Shown piece after piece: positions 55,765 to 64,000 of a stretch of DNA of 64,000 bases (position 1 is its first letter; the number at the start of each line of letters is the position of its first letter). The stretch comes from Chrysomallon squamiferum (lineage: Eukaryota; Animalia; Mollusca): the NCBI GenBank assembly GCA_012295275.1, contig CM022678.1, positions 62,001 to 126,000 on the forward strand, written 5' to 3'. Position numbers and translations under genes: made by a program. The notes under the pieces are model-generated. The model did no database searches and was not told the origin of the DNA. It saw nothing but the letters and a program-made list of their open reading frames with translations.

Positions 55765-56890
55765 TCCACATTTCAGTTCTTGATAAAGAAGTAGTGGAAG
55801 ATAAAAGGGATGAAACTAAAATGCTAGAAATCCTGGTTAATTCTGGAAATCCTGTGATATAATAAATGACAAAAACAATAAAGGTGAAACAGCTTTGATT
55901 GTAGCTCTGAAAACCATTGTAGACAGAAAGCTGGTTTTTACTGGAATGTGGAGCTGATCCTTGTGCATCAGACGATGATAGAAATTCTGTTTTGCTTCTA
56001 GCTGCTAAACAAGGATATTTTGAAATTGTGAAACAATTGATTAAGAAAGGAGTTGATGTGAATACTAAAAACAGTACAGGTGAAACTCCCTCTGTTTACA
56101 GCTGTTAAGTATGAACAGAACAAAGTAGCGTTGTATTTACTGGAAAATGGGAGCTGATCCTAATTTAACAGACAATGATGAAAATTCTGTTTTACACTAG
56201 CAGCTAAATGTGGAAATAGAAAATTGTGACAGCACTGATTGGAAAAGGTGTTAATGTAAATATTAGAAACATTACAGGTGAAACTCCTGTTTTAACAGCT
56301 GTTAAACATCAGCAGAAGGGTATAGTTTCATATTTACAGGAAAATGGTGCTGATCTTACTATAAAAGACAATGATAATTCTGTTTATCACCCAGCAGCTA
56401 AATAAGAAAATGTAGAAATTGTGACAAAATTGATTGAAAAGATGTTGATATAAATATTTGTAATGGAACCTCATTAATGCCTTTTGCCAGGCTTGTTTTA
56501 ACGAAATTTTGTCTTCTATGTAGTGAATTATATATATTCAGAAACACTTATTTTTATAAGTGGTAATTATGGTATACATTTAATATTACAGTCTGTTATC
56601 CTTTTAGACAGGAGGAGCCAAATTTTAGGTATTAATACCAATTAAAGCTAATCTCATTAGGGAAACTCTTTTCTACAGCTGTTAAGTATAAACAGAAAAC
56701 GTGTAGTTTTGTATTTACTGGAACGGAGCTGTTCTTGATTAACAACATCAGCTCCATGTTCCAGTAAATACAAAGACACATTTCTTTACACCCAACAGCT
56801 AAACATGGAAATATAGAAATTGTGAGAGTATTGATTGAAAAGGTTCTGCTGTAAATATTTTCAAATCAAGGTAAATGCCTTTCATGTAAC
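55765..56890 (+). pseudogene. Second, error-rich copy of the gene A ankyrin region
   Basis: Same sequence as 19665-20815 with extra homopolymer indels. Confidence 0.8.
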
Positions 56891-57855
56891 ATGAAATTAA
56901 ATGTATATCTGATGCACAAGCATTGAGCAGTCTGAAAAAAAAAAAAAAACAGAAGTTTTGTATTAATATTGAGAAATTTATGAATATAAATAAATGAAAC
57001 CATTCTAATATTGTCTATGTATTTTCCACATTGTTTATAACTTAGTTTACTAAAATTATTCCAAGATATGTGCATATATATTTTTTATATAACACATTGT
57101 GGTACTAGGATTGACAAAACTAAAATATAACTTAGTAAAGTATTTTGATAATTATTATATAATTTTACAATAGATGATAAAATAAAAATGTTACAAAAAA
57201 GATAGTGAAACCTGACTGTTTTGATGTTCTTGCTCGCAGGTTTATTGACTTGCTGGCATCAAATAATGCCAGGAGAAATTATTTCACATCCATCACTGAA
57301 AGATGAAGGGTTTGGCAAAAGCATCTCATGAGGAAAACATTTTGGTGGTAGACTGTCTGAAATACTGCATCAGAAACTTTTTGAAAATGCATTTCATAAA
57401 AACAGTCCTCATTCAATACTTGCTCAAAAGAAATATTTTTATATATCAGTAGAAATATTTCATGTCTTCTTGACAATGAGTCAAAAACTATATCTAGTTA
57501 CATGTGGTATTTGGAAGTTGAAGACACTTAAATTTCATTCACTGTTCCAAGAGTGCATTTTAATAGATGAAGAACATTAAGATTGTTCACATCAAATCTA
57601 TAAAATGAAACCATAATTTGGTTTGAAAAAAAAAGAACTTTAGATATTTTTGTTTGTTTGGTGATGAAGATATTGTGAATGTTGTTAAAACTAGGTGTTG
57701 TACCAACATTTGATATTAATTAATGGTTTTGTTCAAAAACAGACAGCTACTATACTCAAAGAACTGTTACAGTATAAAAGAAGATGAAATTAAATATTTG
57801 TTCTCACTTGTTACATATTTCAATTTGTCTTAGGTAATATGAACATTGCTCATCT

Positions 57856-57885
57856 AGCAATACGTAACTGAAACGAAGCATACCA
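57856..57885 (-). other. Oxford Nanopore adapter remnant, reverse complement (artefact)
   Basis: agcaatacgtaactgaaacgaag versus AGCAATACGTAACTGAACGAAG, immediately before the gap. Confidence 0.92.
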
Positions 57886-58085
57886 NNNNNNNNNNNNNNN
57901 NNNNNNNNNNNNNNNNNNNNNNNNNNNNNNNNNNNNNNNNNNNNNNNNNNNNNNNNNNNNNNNNNNNNNNNNNNNNNNNNNNNNNNNNNNNNNNNNNNNN
58001 NNNNNNNNNNNNNNNNNNNNNNNNNNNNNNNNNNNNNNNNNNNNNNNNNNNNNNNNNNNNNNNNNNNNNNNNNNNNNNNNNNNNN
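57886..58085. other. Assembly gap (200 N)
   Basis: Run of N. Confidence 1.
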
Positions 58086-58851
58086 TTGACTGTGTAATTA
58101 AAAAAATGTGACTGTTGATTATAATAGATAATATTTGCATATACTACAGATATAAACTATATATAATATCAACTATCCACTATGAACATCAAAACAAAAC
58201 ACAACATTTAAATTAGTAAGAAAATTAAATAATGCGAGTATTATAATATTATAATTTCTATTTCTTTAATTTTCACGAACAGGTTATGTTATAAATATAT
58301 ATAACTCAAGCTCTCTTACACACGTAAACGTTTCGTTTTAATTTTGAAATAAATTAGCGAAAAAATATTTTAAAAATATCATTTTAGAAATAAATACGGA
58401 AATAAAATAGTGACTAAACAGAATTTTTATTATTATTATTATTATTATTTATTTGCTAAATTGAAAAAAATAAATAAATAAAGGGGAGAACTATATTAAT
58501 CATCATCATCATCATGATCACAGTATAAAGGACAACAAAAATAACAAAAACAACAACAATAAACAAATAAATAAATAAATAAATAAATAAATAAACGAAA
58601 CTACAAGGCAGCTTATGTTTCGCTGCCATGACAACTCGTTTATCGATCGACTTAAGGTCGTGTCGCAGAGCTCAAACAAAATTAATAAACTAGGTCACCC
58701 CCCACCCCATACCATCCCATCCAGTTCTCAGTACTCACTGCTGATGTGAATTTCACCTTAAACACTGAACAAACAACTGACGCTTTAGAATTCTTTCCGA
58801 AAACATTTATTACAACAAATTCAACAACAAAACAGACACGAACAAATTGAA

Positions 58852-58903
<52 letters not shown>

Positions 58904-59253
58904 TAAAATAAAATAATATTAAATAAAAATAAAATAATAAATATAAATAAATAAATAAATAATAATAGCAACAACAACATCATAACAACAACACTAATAA
59001 TAGTAACAATGAGAAAAACAATAATAAGAAGTAAAACTAGATAGACTACTTATATGTAACAGTTGCAGCAGTAGTAGTAATTAATTAATTTATACGTAAC
59101 TACATTTTCCAGTACACGAGAAGTAAAACAGCTGGCTAGATACTGCTCATTTCCTGTCACCAACAAATAGTTTTCAGTAAACGTCAAACTTTTAGAACAG
59201 TAAATAAATAAATAAGCAAATAATCTATATACAGGTTTTCATATTAAATTAAT

Positions 59254-59306
<53 letters not shown>

Positions 59307-59939
59307 TCTCTTTATTTTTCTTGTTATTGTTTAGATTACTACATGCTAGAGCAGGGGCTGATAGACGTTTTACAGCACGACAAAATATTGTATAGGTTCA
59401 GCTTAAGTTTAAGTGAAAACAATGATTTCTTCTAATATTGTCTTTATGTATCAAACTTTCTTAAAACATCTTAAAGAAAAGTAATGAAACAACCATTTTT
59501 ATCTATTTTTTATATCCAACACTCAAGCCATAATCTATATTTAATACTTAATAAATAGGCTTAACTTTGCCAAAATCTTCTTTTGATTAAAATCTTTGTT
59601 TAGTATTTAGTGCTTTCTTTGGTATCCGAAAAGTCTTATTAATTTTCAAAGATTCACATCTGATTTATTTAAGTGTTCTCCATATTGTCTTTTCTTTTTT
59701 CCACTTTTCTTGATAATATTGGAATCTTCATCCTGAGTAATGGCTAACTGTCGCTTGTGATCCAGCAACACACCCACTGCCTTGTTTATAACAGTTTACT
59801 CTGATTTATATGTTGTTAGCACACAAACCAATACCATTCAATAATGCAAAAACAACAAAAAGTCACTAAATTTGAACTAACCGCCATTTCCCGCTTGAAA
59901 CTTTACTAGCTACTGTTGTTATTTTGAATGCCACTATAC

Positions 59940-61547
59940 CAGTGATTCTCAACCGCCGTGTCGCGACATACAAGTGTGTCGCGAGGCAAGGTGTGTCGCG
60001 AAACTTTGTGACGAACACCGGAAAACACGGACAATGTGCATAAATCTCGGTTTCGTGTTCCACTAATAAGCCTTGGAGGAAGGAACTTCCTTTCTCCAAT
60101 GAATATGCACAACAACCTTTGCACCTTTCGCTCAAGGTCGATCAGTAGCCCATGAGACGTCAGTGTGATAGGTTGTGTGTGTGGTGTTGTTCCGCACTGG
60201 TAATGCCGATTGCCGAATTAACTTCGCTGTGTTTTAAATTATTGTCATTCTTAAACACTTCTTAGTAAAGAGATGTAGCTAACTAGGTGTATTTAGTTAA
60301 GAAATTATGCTAGTTAGAACAGACTTTGCAAATCTGTTCAGTTAACAGTGTTTACTATTTACTTACATCGAACTCAATCGTACTGCACACTCGATTTTGA
60401 CCTCTAAATTACAGATGAATTTAAACTAAATTAGCTTGTGGCTGAACGCTGTTTTCTGTGCTTGCATATTTTTCAATTTGTTTAGCTCAGAATCAGTGTT
60501 GTTCACGTACTTTCAAACTATTGTTTTTAGCTCGCAATACTCGAGTTAAATCATATGGTGAATTAATTAAATAAGGATATTCAGTTTTTGTTATTGCATT
60601 GGTAGAATAAAGGTTAGTTTTTACCATATATTTCAGAAGGTGATTGAGTGAAAAAAAAATTGAACACTACTTAATGTTCCAGTTTGACACAGGATGTTGA
60701 CCGTTGACACACGGATCAGTTTAACACTGCCTGTTGTTTACTGTTGTTGGTTAGATTAGCGCGTGTTACTTCACAATGGATAAATTTGTTAAAAGGAAGG
60801 ATGTTAGTGACGGGTGTGAGGTTGAAACAGAACATACAATGAAGCCCACAAAATCCAGCACAAAAAAGGCAAAAGTTCACCATAATAGACGGTATTGTGA
60901 TGATTATTTGAAGTTTGGATTTTCTTGGTCAGGAGATGTTGCTCAACCATGTCCATTATGTATAGTTTGTGGTGAAAAAATGGCCAATGAATCCATGGTA
61001 CCAAATAAATTACTAAGATATTTCACGACTAAACATTCCTACCTACAAGATAAAGATCTGAATTATTTTCAAAGACTGTTACAACAGCAATCAAAACGAC
61101 GCAATGTTTTTCAGAAAACAATGACCGTGTCTGAACCGGCTCAATTCGCTTCAGTTGAGGTAGCTGAAATAATAGCAATGAAATCCAAATCCCACACTCT
61201 TGCTGAGTCAGTTATCCTTCCCGCTTGTAAAAAGATGGTGGAATCCATAATATAAAAAATAAGAAGAGAGAAAGACTACGTTCCACTGAAGAAGAAATGA
61301 GAGTTTGCTTATCGCACATACGACCAAATATTCAAGAAGTCATAAGACAACACCAGGCACAAGTTTCACACTAGGTAAGTGGCAATTCTGGGATACTAAC
61401 ATAATAAATTGAATCAGACAAGTCCATATATGTACTTTTTAATTTATTTTACGATTTCATCATATAATATTTAAAATTATTACTGTGTCGCGACAGTTTC
61501 ATGCGCTCGTGGGTATGTCGAGAGTAAAAAAAGGTTGAGAAACACTG
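59940..61547 (+). mobile_element. Non-autonomous hAT (Buster/Charlie-type) transposon, internally deleted
   Basis: TIRs cagtgattctcaacc and ggttgagaaacactg. Perfect 8-bp TSD cactatac (59932-59939, 61548-61555) with central TA. Subterminal gtgtcgcga repeats at both ends. Confidence 0.95.
60776..61374 (+). pseudogene. Truncated Buster-type hAT transposase (ZBED5/ZBED8/SCAND3-like N-terminus joined to the extreme C-terminus)
   Basis: RRYCDDYLKFGF, PLCIVCGEKMANESMVPNKLLRYFTTKH and KSHTLAESVILPAC. After the deletion the remnant reads EEEMRVCLSHIRPNI..QAQVSH*. Confidence 0.9.
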
Positions 61548-63065
61548 CACTATACGAGCACTGCAACCCTCTGTGAACCCACTTTTCATCAAAGTAACAT
61601 ACATTTTACATCAGCACCCATTACCATCCTTAGATAACAAACGTCACGCAGCCTAGCCTACATTTTTCTACTGTACTTTTTTCTTTACTTATACCGAATG
61701 ACATTTGCTTGCATGGTTTTTATTTTTTAATTTTTGTGTACTGTTCTTACATTATTATATCACTGTATTATGTAGCTGTTGTTCGTACTAACATTTTACT
61801 ATTTAGGTACATTTTAACGTTTATATTTACATTCGCGACTTCCCAGGTTTTTACTTTTTGCCCGGAAAGCTGCTCGCAACAATTAGTCCATGAAATCGAG
61901 GGTCGATAGTAGTATAGTTATAACTGTTCTGCATTGTTATTTATTTTAAAACGACGAACAACTCTTCTTACGAAACAAAAAAACAACGGCTGTTAATTTA
62001 TATTCACTTTTCAGTAGACTGAACATAATGAGCCACCTTATCAGTGATGTATTAATCGTATATCACTAGTTAGGTGAAGATTTATTAACAGTTATCGCTG
62101 ACGTATTAAACAGCGTTCTAACCCCAGAACTAAACCCGATGCATCCGTTCATTGACCCCAGAACGATACACTAAACAGCGCCTTTGTTTACAGCAGAAGA
62201 TCGAGCATATATTATGATAATGATATCGATTGACGTCACAACAAGGGCGAGTAACTCTCTTTGGTTCTCTTACTGAAATACATTGAAGCGACGTTGTTGG
62301 AAACATCGCTCTAGAAATACATCGGTAACAACATTAGTAAAGATTATTATTTCTCGTTCTAGCTAAAGGTTCAAATCAGATTCTGATGTTTCTGCCTTCG
62401 TATGTTTGAGAAAAAACGCGTAAAAGATGTTTATAACAAACTGCTATTGGAATGTATAAAAATGTGTGTGTGTGTGTTTGGGCGTTGTTATTGTGTGTAT
62501 TTACATCGTTGGCATTTGCTTTTTTTTATTATTATATACTTTTTTATTTCATTAATGCTATTTTTTTTTAGGAAATGGATCATCTACTTCCAGAAACCAG
62601 ACGTGAAAAAACACATGAGCAGTTGTAACAAGATTCTTGACATTTGCCATTAAATGCCTTCACAAACACTGACAACAGAACAGCTGTTACTTTTATTATT
62701 CAGTAACTGAACACATTTCTAACCCTAAACCTACATTACAGGCACTGTCACTTCACGAATACATCAATTTGTAACCTTTTCTCAAATCACTAAAACTTAA
62801 TATTTTTTTTTTCATTTAGTCGCAGAACAAAAATAAACCAGGCATGAAAAGAAACATTTAAAAAATTGACTATAAATAGAAAGGTTAAAAGATTATTTAT
62901 TCATTAAGAAAAAAATCCAGTTTGGTCAGGTGACGGTTTTAAATTAAACACCCTCCCCCCACCTCATTATCTTTTGTATCCTTTTTTGAAAGAACGCATT
63001 TAAGTAAAATATGTAAAGATTTATAATAAAATCTTGTTAAATTCAGTTATCTTTATTCGTCTTTC

Positions 63066-63174
<109 letters not shown>

Positions 63175-63253
63175 CTATTGTTCAGTAAGATTATTTTTAG
63201 TAATTATTAATCAAATACAAGGCAAACATTCTGCATAAATTATGGTGATTAGA

Positions 63254-63292
<39 letters not shown>

Positions 63293-63414
63293 AAGGAAAT
63301 AAAAATAATTGTAATAAAGTAATAATAAAATAAGATCATTTAAAAAAAACAAAAAACTACTGGATTTATTGGAACAAAAATCTGCGGGAAATAAAATAAT
63401 AAAAGTAAAAATAA

Positions 63415-63665
63415 AAATAAAATGGCGCGCGTTCTGTTTCACTGAAATAACACTCAACGTCGTATTGTTATTACTTTACGCACACTGAACGTAACCGCAT
63501 TCTGTGAGTGTGGAAATAAATGCTGACATGTAATATCTCTGTTTACCTCGCTTTAGCCCGCCTGAACCGAGAGCAATGTAAACATGGACGACACCCTATC
63601 GTATTTCACGTCACAGGCTATAGTCACGTGATGTTTGACATTACTTTCTTTTACGGCGTCAAAAC
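63415..63665. promoter_or_regulatory. Possible promoter-like CpG patch
   Basis: aaaatggcgc (YY1-type), gtcacgtga (E-box) and cacgtcac in otherwise CpG-poor DNA. No linked gene is visible. Confidence 0.25.
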
Positions 63666-63807
63666 AGATACTTTTTTGTTGATTTGTTTCAAAGTACACT
63701 GTCTCGTTTATTACTGAGTAAAGTACGTAAAAGCCTCAAAGTACGATACGTTTATTCACTTCACATATAAACAAGAAAACTAAGTTAGAGAAAGCTATTC
63801 TTATTAA

Positions 63808-63851
<44 letters not shown>

Positions 63852-64000
63852 TTCTGTCGAGTTCACACACGAATATATATAAGATGATAATAAACAATGA
63901 GATTATTTTCAGTGTTTTTATCTCATCTACAGCCTAACTTTGTGGTTTAAATACACTTCTGATACAGTATGTTAAAAAAATAAAATAAACAAAAACAAAA

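Larger units (their letters stand above)
48287..57855 (+). repeat. Copy 2 of the ~9.6-kb terminal direct repeat (equals 12211-21790)
   Basis: Near-identical to copy 1. Indel density rises from ~55.2 kb to the gap. Confidence 0.97.

Noticed and set aside
55200-57855. Accelerated pseudogenisation of the second ankyrin copy
   Set aside because: Indels rise steadily towards the adapter-bearing end and sit mostly in homopolymers, so read error is the better explanation.
12211-57855. Giant LTR element with 9.6-kb LTRs
   Set aside because: Repeat ends coincide with adapters and gaps. There are no TG..CA termini, PBS, PPT or gag/pol.
59400-59800. Possible degenerate pogo/HTH-psq-like coding relic on the minus strand (TFRIPKKAL)
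   Set aside because: Many stops and only a vague resemblance; cannot be supported without a search.

Overview
AT-rich, microsatellite-rich eukaryotic DNA. It is probably an invertebrate, mollusc-like genome (inferred from the gene family; not provable here). Two 200-N gaps (11994-12193, 57886-58085) bracket a 45.7-kb contig. That contig has untrimmed Oxford Nanopore adapter at both ends, and its first ~9.6 kb recurs at its end (period ~36.1 kb), which suggests a collapsed tandem array or circular contig. The 36-kb unit holds two paralogous + strand multi-exon genes or pseudogenes. Gene B (~24.5-31.6 kb) has small 5' exons, one with a RHIM-like motif, followed by a terminal exon encoding a STAND-class (nSTAND3-like) NTPase, a winged-helix region and ankyrin repeats, with several frameshifts. 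Gene A (~43.5-57 kb, repeated at 12.2-21 kb) has a tandem array of 60-63-nt phase-1 micro-exons encoding RHIM-like motifs, a 27-bp minisatellite exon and ankyrin repeats, but no NTPase. The main candidate novelty is an NLR-like amyloid-motif/STAND/ankyrin receptor family with RHIM-like motifs built from micro-exon cassettes. Also present: an internally deleted hAT/Buster element with perfect TSD, a Tc1 fragment, three TA-flanked MITEs, two LINE RT relics, several minisatellites and a long palindrome. All exon calls are made by eye from splice signals, without transcript evidence.
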